NCBI GenBank assembly: GCA_964016885.1
Contig: OZ024740.1
Coordinates: 47,802,001 to 47,866,000 of the forward strand
Direction: 5' to 3'
From: Eledone cirrhosa
Lineage: Eukaryota
DNA length: 64,000 nucleotides
This document shows, piece by piece, positions 11,548-23,645 of the stretch. A program made the translations under genes and the position numbers. The notes under the pieces were generated by a model. The model saw only the letters and a list, made by a program, of their open reading frames with translations, had not been told where the DNA came from and searched no databases. How positions within the stretch are numbered: position 1 is the stretch's first letter; each line of letters begins with the position of its first letter.

Positions 11548-11995
11548 TATGAAACATTAAATAGTGAACATATACTAAGACATGTAGTAATAGAACATGA
11601 AATAGTGAACATAGGTAGTGAGACATGTAGTAATATAACATGAAATATTAAGACATGTAATAAAACATGAAATATTAAGACATGTAGTAATATAACATGA
11701 AATATTAAGACATGTAGTAATATAACATGAAATATTAAGACATGTAGTAATATAACATGGAATATTAAGACATGTAGTAATATAACATGGAATATTAAGA
11801 CATGTAGTAATATAACATGAAATATTAAGACGTAGTAATAAAACATGGAATATTAAGACATGTAGTAATATAACATGAAATAGTGAACATAAATAATTAG
11901 ACATGTAGTAATGAAACATGAAATAGTGAACATAAATAGACATGTAGTAATAATACATGATGTAGTGGAGATAAATACTAAGACATGTAGTAATA
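11548..11995. repeat. 30-bp minisatellite (CATGAAATATTAAGACATGTAGTAATATAA)n
   Basis: Tandem units, near-identical at 11620-11880; degenerate units continue between the SINEs to about 12300. Confidence 0.95.
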
Positions 11996-12918
11996 ATTGT
12001 TTCTACTTTTGGCACAAGGCCAGCAATTAACCAGTGCATTACTGGTACTTTATTTTATCGACCCCGTAAGGATGAAAGGCAAAGTTAACCTCAGCGGGAT
12101 TTGAACTCAGATCATAAAGGGACGTAACTCTATGCTTCAAAGCATGGTGTCCGACTCTCTTCCGATACTGCCAATCCACCGCCAATACACAAAATAATAA
12201 ACATAAATAGACATGTAGTAATAAAACATGAAGTAGTGAACCATGAAATAATAAGACATGTAGTAATACATGAAAAAGTGAACCATGAAATATGAAATAT
12301 GCATTACTGGTACTTTGTTTTATCAACCCTGTAAAGATGAAAAGCAAAGCCAACCTTGGCAGAATTTGAACTCAGAATGTAAAGGGCCATAACTCTATGC
12401 TACAAAGCATGGTGTCTGATGCTCTACCGATACTGCCAATCCACCGCCCTATGAAATATGAAATAATTGTTTCTATTTTTGCCAGCAATTGCCCAGTACA
12501 TTACTGGTACTTTATTTTATCGACCCCGTAAGGATGAAAGGCAAAGTTAACCTCGGCGGGATTAGAACTCAGATCGTAAAGGGACGTCAAAGCATGGCGT
12601 CCGACCCTCTACTGATACTGCCAATTCACTGGCCTTATGAAATATGAAATAATATGAAATAATACCATGAAATAATACAGGAAATGGTAAGACAAGGTAA
12701 AAAATAATAGTTTCTGATTTAGGCACAAGGCCAGCAATTTTAGGGGAAGGGAAAGTCAATTAAATCGACTCCAGTGTCTTACTGGTGCTTTATTTTATCA
12801 ACCACATAAGGATGAAGCGCAAAGCTAACCTTCACAAAATTTGAACTTGGAACGTAAAGAAGCGTATGCTGCCAAGCATGGTGTCTGACGCTCTACCGAG
12901 ACTACCAATACACCGCCC
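11992..12918 (-). mobile_element. Cluster of four tRNA-derived Nin/Deu-domain-like SINEs (11992-12184, 12300-12449, 12463-12635, 12705-12918)
   Basis: A box TGGCAGTATCGG, B box GAGTTCAAATCC, body CTTTGCCTTTCATCCTTACGGGGTCGATAAAATAAAGTACCAG, ATT tail. Confidence 0.9.
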
Positions 12919-13559
12919 TCTGTCATAATATAAGAAATAATAATAATAATAACAGTAAAAGAAAATAATTGTATTAGTGAAACAATAATAGTAGTAAACT
13001 GTGATTTAGTAAAACGATAAAATAAAACAAAACAATACTCAAATAGAGTGGTCCATAGAGGTTACTTAGTACATAGTGTGGTCCAATGATGGGTATATAC
13101 CATAACAACTGGTTAATCGTTTGTTGGGGTCTTATGCATGAAGCATAGAGCTGAGATTATTGACTATCGGGAATGTCTGCATCTGAGTATTATTTCAGAT
13201 TTCAGATTTATTGGGTTCTTTTTTAATTTTATAATTTCCATGGTACCACTAGGCAGAGCCAGCACGTTATCTGGCCTGGTGAGTAAGGCACTGCATGTTT
13301 AATTATACTCCAGCTTATCCTAAAGTTGGTTTGCACATCTCTGAATCTCTAAATCAATCCCCAACTTCATACAGGAACATTTGTTCCTATTTTTTAATGA
13401 GTTAGTGAGGTTGTAGAAATGGGTTATAATTTCTTCGAGGTTTGGGTTGATGGAAAATAAGAACTTCACCATATGCCGATTGATAAACCTATGATACCTG
13501 TGTGAGGGAGAGAGGAAGATTCTTCTAAGGCCTTGAAGAAGGTGCCCAGGATGTTTGTA

Positions 13560-13770
13560 CATATCTGGAGTAGGGACTATGGATAATTTCCAGAAATCCC
13601 TTGCTTGGCAGTGCTACCAAGGGGCACTGCCGGTTCGAGATAAACTCTACAGGCACGGAAGTGCTGTCAGATGGGCCTGGCCGAGATGTACACAGAGTAA
13701 CGAAAGCATTCTGCATGCACTCGTCCAGTGTGCGTTCATTACTGACTTGTGGAGTTATATTGATTATACC
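13560..13770 (+). pseudogene. L1/Tx1-clade C-terminal zinc-binding (zf-RVT-like) fragment
   Basis: LAWQCYQGALPVRDKLYRHG...PRC...ESILHALVQC...LW. Confidence 0.7.
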
Positions 13771-13819
13771 ACGACTATTATTGCGACCCAGCACTCATAG
13801 TCTATGTAGCTCCAGATGG

Positions 13820-14491
13820 TACTACTACTACCAATACAACTGAACCCAACAAAGAGTTGGCCTTGTTGATACTGTAATCATTAGTAGTGGTGGTGGTGGT
13901 GGTTGTAAAGATGTTGTCCTCAGAAGTGGGTGGAAAACACCATTTGTTGACATATATTGATAGGAGTGCTTTAGCTGTAATTAACACTGATCTAGCTGAT
14001 GTTGTGTTGTTGATATTGATATCAATATATTCTGCCTACCATCACATCCACACAACCCCTCCCCACCATGACCGCTATGGGACATATAGCTGGCATTAAA
14101 GTACCTGCTTTTATTGTAGTTTCTGTGGTTGGTGTTGTTGTTGCTGCTATCAATGTAACGGTTGTTTTATTCTTTATATTTTTCTGTTACTATTTTTTTA
14201 TTTCCTTATTTTTCACGTTTCCCTGCTGTCCCTTTTATCTTGTCTGCGTTTTTATTTTTATTTCGTTTTTATTTAAATGTAAGTTATTAGTTATTTGTTT
14301 ACCTAACTTTATTCCATCCCCTAAACTCATTAATAAGGCTATATAAAGGGATCCGTTGACCTCTTTCAACAGTTTCAATGTATATTTGTACATATAAACT
14401 CCCATATCCGATTAGATGTGGAGGCAGAGTTGGGCCCTGGTCAGTATGGTTGTAGCCTGAGTTGATCAATATTGAAACGATTCTAATATGC
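13820..14491 (+). repeat. Right arm of near-perfect ~670 bp inverted repeat
   Basis: Reverse complement of 10368-11040; followed by AATAAA and (TA)n. Confidence 0.95.
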
Positions 14492-14498
14492 CAATAAA

Positions 14499-14535
<37 letters not shown>

Positions 14536-14537
<2 letters not shown>

Positions 14538-14810
14538 TAAATGGAAACTATATTTATAAAACCATAATTATTTTATTATATATATTTCAAGGGCAACCAA
14601 GATAGATTATGGTGCGCTTTCATCAGATAAAATACAGATTTGTTTTATAAATAAATATTGATATACCCGGAAAAAAAACAACCTCAACGGTTTAAATTCG
14701 TTGGATAGTGGAGATAATTGAGGGTGATACAAATGTGTATATATATAATAAAATAATTATGGTTTTATAAATATAGTTTCCATTTATTGTATATATTGTA
14801 TATATATATT
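14536..14810. mobile_element. Penelope-like family A fold-back pseudo-LTR
   Basis: 14536-14585 is inverted at about 14740-14790; homologous to 345-510. Confidence 0.75.
14569..14634 (-). ncRNA. Intact minimal type I hammerhead ribozyme
   Basis: TATTTTAT-CTGATGA-AAGCGCACC..GGTTGCCCTT-GAAA-TATATA-TA-ATAAAATA: 8-bp stem I, full core, palindromic stem III, AUA triplet. Confidence 0.85.
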
Positions 14811-14924
14811 GTATATTTACTCTACTAAACTGTTGAGTGCTTTATATCAGTTATAAACATTTTTAAGCTTGTTGAATCCCAAAAAATGAAATATAACCTC
14901 TGCATATATATATATATATATATA

Positions 14925-15642
14925 CCCAACAATACTAACTCCTTTAAACATAATAACAGAAAAAGAAAAATAATCTGGTTCACCCCACCCCCCTACTCTT
15001 TATCAGTTAAAACTAATGTAGGCAAAAAATTCCTAGAGCTCTTAGATAAACATTTCCCTAGAACACATAGATACTATAAGATCTTCAATAGAAACTGTGT
15101 CAAAATCAGCTACTCCTGCGGTCCCCCTATTAAATCTTATATCCTCAATAAAAAAATACCCAGAGAACATCAAAATTGCTCCTGTAGAGTCAAAAGTGAA
15201 TGCCCATTGCAAGGTAAATGCAACACCAAAGCCATTGTATATGCGGCTAAAGTGACAACCACCAGCAACAACCTACCAGCCACCAGCGAACGATATGTGG
15301 GTATGACACAAGACAAATTCAAAACGCGTTATTACTCACATGTCGTATCTTTCCGACATCCTGAAAAAAGATTTACAACAGCTCTGGCTAGCGGAATATG
15401 GGATTTGAAAGACCAAGGTATCCAATATAAATTAGATTGAACCAATCTAAAGAATATGCAAGAGGAACAAGAAGATGCGCACTTTGCATAAGTGAAAAAT
15501 ATTGGATTTAACAGAACCTTAAATCACCAAAAGCCTGCCTAAATGCAAAAACAGAAATTTTCACCAGTTGCCCACACATGAAATCACACTGGCTTTCCAG
15601 CTCATATAAACTTAACTCACTTACAGATACTTATCCTCCATA
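14925..15642 (+). pseudogene. PLE C-terminal linker plus GIY-YIG endonuclease (frameshifted)
   Basis: RKRKIIWFTPP..S..VKTNVGKKFL.L.DKHFP, KISYSC, CSCR..CPL.GKC..AIVY.A, YVGMT..FK.R..H..SF; after the frameshift RCALCISEK...LN...SCPH. Confidence 0.9.
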
Positions 15643-16098
15643 AACTCTTGCTCCTCACTTTCCTTAAATTACCCTCTTTACAGACTTCTCTTTCTGATTT
15701 ACATTTATTTTTATTTTTAACTTTACTTTTACTTCACATCCACCAGTGACCCCCCCCCCCCTGCTTTTTTATTCACTTACTTTATATCTTCACAATTTTA
15801 TATATTTTATATATTTTACTTCCTATTTTCTTTCACTACCTGATTACTTATGTCACTTGTGTTTTCATCTCCAGATATATTCTGTTGTCCCTCAGCCGCT
15901 TTTATGTATGTTTACTTGCGTATAATTTGTACTCATTTATTCATACGGGTGGTTTTTATATTGTATGTATGCGTGTAAGTGTGCATGTGTGTGTATACGT
16001 GTTTGTATATATATATACAAATGCATTCGTATGTGCACGTGTATGTGTATATGTGTGTGTGTATGTGTGTTTTTATATCTATGTTTTTTACATATATA

Positions 16099-16237
<139 letters not shown>

Positions 16238-16993
16238 TCGCGTGCGTGCGATTAGATGTACATGTATGTATATATATGTGCTTCGTGTGTATATATGCGC
16301 GCTTTTGTATATATATGTACGCATGTATGTGCTTTTGTCTGTACGTATTTATATATATATTTATATATATATATATGTGTGTGTACGAACCTATGTATGT
16401 TTACTATTTTTCTAGTGTTTCTTTATAATTGATAACCCCTCCCTCTTACTTTCTCTTTGACTTAATTATTTTATTCTCATATATTTTTTCATTTTCATAT
16501 TTTATATTATTTATATATGTATCGACCTTCAGCCTGACACTGCTTTGACTGATACATTCCCTTCTCTGTATATATCACTTGCATGTATGTGGTTGCGCGT
16601 GTGTGTGTGTTTATACGCGTGCTTTCATACTTGTATGTGTATATATTTCAATCCTTAGTCCCTGAGTCTGTATGTACGTTAACTCTATTATCTTACAATT
16701 TCTTTTTTTCAACATATATTATATACGTATTTGTGGTCACACATACACTGATATGCTTGCCCTCATGTATGTACTTACGCACACATTTTTTCACTATACA
16801 CATGCATTTGTACATACACACATATGTACATTTGTAGGTGCATATACACACATTTATACACATACCCTTACTATATTTCCTTATTTTATTTTTATATATC
16901 TCTTGCATTACTTTTATTTATATATTTTTTTGCCCGTTAAACTTTTGCCTTTCTTGAGGAGATTTTTCAAATATTTCACTATGTTTTAAATTG

Positions 16994-17068
16994 CCTTGTC
17001 TGACGAACGAATGAGGACGTTTCTTGTATTCGTCTTATTCGGGAAACCTCTGGTAATGAGGTAATTAT
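16994..17068 (+). ncRNA. Type I hammerhead ribozyme (family C)
   Basis: CTGACGA (17000-17006), ~11-bp stem II CGAATGAGGACG/CGTCTTATTCG, GAAA, stem III CCTC/GAGG, GUA triplet; stem I weak. Confidence 0.75.
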
Positions 17069-17579
17069 ATTGTATATATATTTATATATATGCAGAGGTT
17101 ATATTTAATTTGTTGGGATTCAACAAGCTTAAAAATTTGTTGGAATTCAACAAGCTTAACATTTTTTATAACTAATATAAAGCACTCAACAAGCAGGCCG
17201 GTCGGCATTTTTCTCTCTCTCGTCTACGATTTCACAGAACTTATGTTTACCGAATTCACAGACTAGACCCCTTCTTCCTCCCGTTAGACCTGTGCGAAAT
17301 TCCTTCCTTGCTCACATTTCAACCAGGTTTGATGGTCTTTATTCTCTCTCGTTCACGATTTCACCGAATTTAAATTCATAGAAATTTGGGATTTGACTCT
17401 TTCTTCCTCACTTTTCGTTGCTTCACCATTTTTGTTTGTTTACACTCGTGTCCCCTTTATTTACGTGTCCCAACGACTTCTTTTAGCCGTTGCCCGCACC
17501 AACCGGAGGTATATGGTCTTTAAAGCGATGAATAACCAATGGTGGTTGGAAGATCACTGATGAAGGACTAACTTTATTC

Positions 17580-17610
<31 letters not shown>

Positions 17611-18941
17611 CTGTTGAGTGCTTTATATCAGTTATAAAAAATTTTAAGCTTGTTGAATCCCAACAAATTAAATATAACCTCTGCATATATATATATATAT
17701 AATGTATAATAAACAATAAAATATAATTACAGGACTTTGGATACCAGCTGAGGCTGTGCCCAAATATTCCTCCTCTTACACACAGAGGACAAAGTGTTGA
17801 CTTCACTTTCTCCCTGCAGTAAAAGGCCTTGATTAAGGGCTGCTGGATACCAACAAACTTCACCTGCCTATTCAAAGCAAGTGTGAAAAGAATCACTGAA
17901 ATGGGATTTTCAGTGATAATATCCTTTTTGAGTTTATGTTTTGTGTCACCCTGATATTGTAGACCACACTAAGACTCTAAGACAAAATAAGTTGCAATAA
18001 TCAAAATTGGTGTCTCTGTACCTCTCTGGAATATTGTGCCTCTTCAACCAATTTGAGAAGTATGGACACATAGGCATTTGTGAAGCCCAGTTGCAGCATT
18101 GCCAGGCCTCACTAATTGATGGTTTTTAACTCTTCCTCATTTCATCCCTTCTGCACATCTCCACTAATGAGCAATTTTCCTTCTCTGCATCATCACCACC
18201 ACCTTCATTTAATGTCTGCTTTCCATGTTGTCATTAGTTTGATGGGTCATTATTGTCTATAACCAGGTTGGTTGGGAAACCACATCTTGTCTCTTATGTT
18301 TCATGTTTAGCATAGTTTCTATGGTTGCATGCTCTTCCTAATACCATCTACTTTACAGAGTGTATTAAGTGCATTTTATCATGACACTAACATTAACACT
18401 TCACAAAGTGAGTGATTGTATTTGATTGTGACATCAGCACTACAACTTCACAAAATGTAATGGATACATTTTATCATAGCACTAACACTACTATTTTATA
18501 GAGTGTGCTGGGCACATTTTATAGTGGCACCAACAATACAAATTTACAGAGTATACTGGGTGTATTTTACCATGGCACTAGCACTAGAAAATTTGTCAAG
18601 TCCATCATAGGACTTTGTCTCAGTTTGCCTCATACCATTGTGATACCAATATTAAAGAGGTTGCTTTGTTCCCTGCTGGCTAAAGGAATCTTTCCACTTC
18701 ATGTTGTCTCTAGTCTCTTGCCCTAGTTACTTTCAGTGTTACAGTACTTGTACTGGTGGAGAAGTCATTTGTAGTACAGTAAATCACCAGTCAACTCGAT
18801 CCTGTGTCATCTTCTTCTTGAGGTCATTCCTTACAACTTCATCTCATGTCTTCCTTGGTCACCCTCTTTGACTAGCCCCATCTACTTCAAATGCTCAAGG
18901 TTTTTTTGTTTTTTTTTATACAACCTTCACTCTCTTTATGT

Positions 18942-19598
18942 ATCATCATCATCATCATCATCATCGTTTAACGTCCATGTTCCACACTTGCATGGGTTTG
19001 GACGGGAGTTTTCCCACTTGAGGCAAGAGTGGTTGTCATTGCTCGCATAGGACTGTCTGGCGGGTTTTCTACAGCTGGATGCCCTTCCTAACACCAACCA
19101 CATTTACAGTGTGGGACTGGGAGGTTTTTACTGTGTTGCCTACACGGTCACATTACAGCGTGGACTGTGTGTTTTTTTGTCGTGACACCTACACGATCTC
19201 ATTTGTTTCGGCCTGGATGTTGTGGCACCAACGTAACTTTACATTGAAAGGGGCGGTGTGGATGGGGTGGGGGGGGGGGGGGGTGTATTTGTTAGAGATG
19301 CCTACTGGCTGTAGTAGGTTTTACTTTGTATTTAGGTAAGACGGGTCTTCTCTATTACTGAGTACCGCCAAAGGTCTTGGTCCAGTGACATTGTCTTGGA
19401 GAGGTGTAAGTGTGTGAGGTCGGAATTTATCAGCTCGTCCCAGGTTTTTCTGGGTCTGCCTATTCCGTGGCTACCATCTATCTTTATTGCCCTGCACTTT
19501 GTTATACAGCTGTCGTCTTTCATGCGCATCACGTGACCATACCAACGTAGCCTTCTCTCGAGTAAACAACATCTGATCCCTCTTATTTCTAATTTTGT
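18942..19598 (-). mobile_element. Young RTE 3' fragment with (GAT)n tail
   Basis: Near-identical to 36093-36760 and 41438-42095; ORF end MRMKDDSCITKCRAIKIDG. Confidence 0.92.
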
Positions 19599-19685
19599 TC
19601 ATATATCATATATCCATATCAACACAGATGTCTCTTGCATATTACATCTAATTTCTCAGTTCACTTGTGATCAGGCATTCTTGTA

Positions 19686-19877
19686 CGGGTGGATTGGCAG
19701 TATTGGTAGAGGGTCAGATGCCATGCTTTGCAGCATAGAGTTACAGTCCTTTACAGCATGAGTTCAAATCCCGCCAAAGTTAACTTTGCCTTTCATCCTT
19801 ACGGGGTCAATAAAATAAAGTATCAGTAAGGTACTGAGATAATTGCTGGCCTTGTGCCAAAAGTAGAAACAATTATT
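19686..19877 (+). mobile_element. tRNA/Nin-type SINE
   Basis: Full-length family match with A and B boxes and ATT tail. Confidence 0.9.
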
Positions 19878-22800
19878 ACACATCCAGTAGAGCATGCATC
19901 TTTCATTTCTTTTCAATTGTTAAAAATATTCTGCATTCATGGTCTATGTTTCACTGTCATGTAGCATAGCAGTTCAAACACATGCATCATATAATATGAG
20001 AGAGAAGCCCTTTGCTGTCAGCAGAGGTTATAACTTTCTGAATTAATTTCATTGTTTTTATTCTGGCTACAGCACTCTTAGTACACCCACCACCTCTGCT
20101 AATGAAGTTATTACTTAGGAAAAGCTATCTACTACTTTTAGCGAACTTTTTGAGTATGGGGCAGTTTATTTCAAGAGTACCCTTACTGCTGACTACTCAT
20201 GTGCTCTTGTCAGATGTGAAGTCTACCTTTTCTGACAGCCTACCCATTATTCCACTATATCTCTTATGTGTCCATTGTTCACATTGGGTACAGTGTATAG
20301 AATTCCTACCTACTCCCTTTTGGCATACCAATGTTATTAGAGTTCTATCCTCTTTTCTACTTACTTAAAACTTAAAACTAACCAGATATGCAAGTCATTG
20401 CTAGGTTTGTTTTGAGGCCCTTTTATTCCAGATTTAGCTTCCATCCAGGGAACTTCTCTAATTCATTTGCAGTTTCTGCTGAGTACGAGATCATCAGCAT
20501 ACAGGAGTTCCTACATTTAGCTAGTCATGAATCCCTTGCTGACTGTACGCAACCTGCATAGCCCTCACAAGTCATTTATCTATCTTTAGAATCCTAAGGA
20601 AACACCAGATTACAGAATCTGGAATTCTGTTAAAGGCATTTTCCAGTTCAACAAATATGGGTTTACTTCTGCAGTTGTCTCACCAAGATGACATCAGTAG
20701 TGCTTCTCTTTGGTATAAAGCCAAACTACATCTGATCAAGATGAATTTTGTTGTTGCTCTTTCTGTAACTTTCATAGAGCAACCCAACAATTTGATGCCT
20801 CTATAATTTCATCTTTCTAATGCAGTTCCTTTGTCCATATATCAGTTGACAATGATGCTACATTGCCAATCATTGGATATGACACTTTCCTGAACTAGCT
20901 GATTTACTATGTGAGTGATTTACTCGTGTTCTACTCTGTTGGATAATTTAAGCTTCAGCAAGGACTTCTGGTAGGTCAGCTGTCTTCCCTACCTTTATAT
21001 CCTTAACTGCTCTATCTACAAGGCTGCTGTCCTTGATAGCTGGTCCTTTGGCTGGTGTACACCATCTTTCATATATTCTCCTCATTTAGCAATCTTTCAT
21101 AGTAACACTTCCATGCATCTTCCTTTTTAGCATCAGTAAGAGTAAGTGTGCTGCTCGTACACACTTCTTTTGCGCAGTGTCTTGGTTCTTTTTAGTACAC
21201 TGTCTTGCAATTCAGAACACCTTGCTGCTCTGACCCTTATGCTGCAGAACATTGGCAGACCTCTTACTTTCTGCCTCCTCTCTTGCTATACAGAACTATC
21301 TACTTGGTATTGTTCCCTACCTCCCCATCTTTCCAGATTTTCAAAGCCTATCATTTAGCTTTAATGATCTTATTTACAGGACTGTTCCTTCCATCTGGTT
21401 GGTATCTTACCCATCCACGGATCTCATCTGTGTCCACCCTGTAGGTTGTCTCACAGGAGTTTCCAGCTTCCCTCTGTATTATAGGTCTCTAATGCCTTAT
21501 TGAGAGCTTCCTCTAGCATGTCATTAAGCCTATGGCTGTTTTATGGTTTTTAAGCTTCCATATTTCTCTCCAGACTTTTATGTTTCTGTGTGTATCAACC
21601 TTGTACTGATAAGTCACTAATTAGTAATCTATGTTGGATGATGAATTCTTCTCCAGATCCTGTAGAGCAACCCCGGACAGTTCTTGTATACCTTGTAAGA
21701 TATCCCACATGGTCCCAGTGCTGAACCTGCTCTTATGTTTTTGACACCTCCTGGATCTCTTTCCAGCTGACCTCCTTTCTATCAAATTCCAGAGCTGATG
21801 CAGGCAGATTAAGGGCTTACAGTGGCTTAAGTCTTGCTCCCAAGATTCATCACTAAAAGTGTCTCTGAGGTTACAGTAGATTTCAGCCTTTGAGCAGGTG
21901 AGCTAACCACTTCACTTCTGTCCTAGTAGTTGATTCATAAACCCACATTGGTTTGCTAGAAAGGTGACTTGCTTCCTGTCCCTCTCCTTCTGCTTTCGGT
22001 GTGCATATCTTTATCATTTTAAGTATATTATGTATATATATATGTGTGTACTTACACATATAAACCACAAATTCTATGTGTTTGTCCATATTCCCTCCTA
22101 TCACCTCCCTCACACATTTTTCCTTATCTCCTTCCTCTCTGTCTGGTCTTTGAGTTCATTAAAACATTTTTAGAAGAGAGGAAGATGGACAGATTGCAAG
22201 GTATTTATATATACTCTCTGATAAGCTTTCCCAGTTCATTTCCATCCAGCACCTGCCGCAGGCTTAAAATGTTCACTTAGCTCACATTTTACAATTAAGT
22301 AAATAAATTATTTCACCTATACTTTATATAAATTGAATTGACATTCCCTTTTATATAAATGGATTTTATTGTTACAAAACTGTGAAGATAGGAGAGAAGA
22401 GCAGATTGCAATATTCTTATTAACATCACAATTATGACTATTATTTTAATCTATGTAAAATATAGGTGAGTCATTTTATTTACTAAATTGTAAAATGTAT
22501 GCGAAGCAAATATTTCAAGCCTGCTGCAGTAGTAATAGAGATAAGCAATTAAAAGAGAGAGAGAGTAATGGTCTGTACGGGTGGTGTCATGGTGGGAGAA
22601 AGGAGTAGAGTGATAAGGTGTGTGTGTGTGGGGTGGGGGGGGTTCATATTGGTCTAATGACATTCCTCCTTACACTAACAGCATGGTGCAATGAATAGGA
22701 GAGTGGGTGAGAGTCAGAAATTAAAGATTTTATACTTTTCAGCTACCATCAATTCCACCATTTTAAGGTTTATTCCACCATTCTTACACAGGTGGGCAGG

Positions 22801-23645
22801 TTTTCTCCAGCACCACAATCGTAGGTTATGGATTATGTCCCAAATAGATATGCATTGTTTACTTTTAATTAGAAATAACAAAAGATATTATGACATTTTA
22901 GAATGATTAGGAAGATTTACAGTTTGTAGTGTTGATAGAGTTGAGTTCAATTTCTGTGGGCTCAGTGTATATCTTGCTTTATTGACTACATGATATTCTG
23001 ACCATCAGTGATGTCCTAGTGGCCAAATAGAGTTACAAGTCAAGACACTATTATCTTGAGTTTAGTGGACCATTAAACAAAAAGAATCAAACATAATATT
23101 TAAGCACATAATCATAATTAATCAAATAAAATCCAATTGCTAAACTATACAATTGATTCTTTAGGCAATCAAGAATGGAAGTAAGCTTCTAGTGAAATGA
23201 ATTTGTAATTTCCAGTTTTTCTTTAGAAATATTTTCCTACATCTATCACACACCCCTTTCTTATGACATCTCATGAGATATCAGAGTTGTCAAAGAGTCT
23301 ACATATTTTCCACAAAGCCAAAGCAAAAGGACAAAAAAAAAAAAAATGTTCATCCATGAAATCTAGTAATCTTTCTTAAAGCTTGAAAGCACTCTAATTT
23401 CGTATACTATACCATACATATTAAACTCCCACATTTTAAACTATGCTTAACAAAAATGTTTTCTCTGATGAGAAAGCTTATATTATTAACTACTCCACAT
23501 ATTATGCAATATCCTCCTCTTCTTTCCCCTCTCTCATCAAGACTTTGTCATTCACACACACTAGCATTGCACATCCATCACAACATACTCACTTCATTTC
23601 TCTCCATCCTTTGCATTTACTACCCATGTTCCACACCATGTACAT

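Larger units (their letters stand above)
18190..21620 (-). mobile_element. Old, heavily decayed RTE LINE, interrupted by a younger RTE 3' end and a SINE
   Basis: Colinear decayed homology to 525-3025, e.g. tcatcagcatacaggagttcc (LLYADD) at about 20490 and cagttgacaatgatgcta at about 20845. Confidence 0.75.

Noticed and set aside
15438-15440. In-frame TGA in the Naiad GIY-YIG as possible selenocysteine (reported for some Naiads)
   Set aside because: It falls at an expected Trp position next to a frameshifting deletion; the Cys positions use normal Cys codons and I saw no SECIS.
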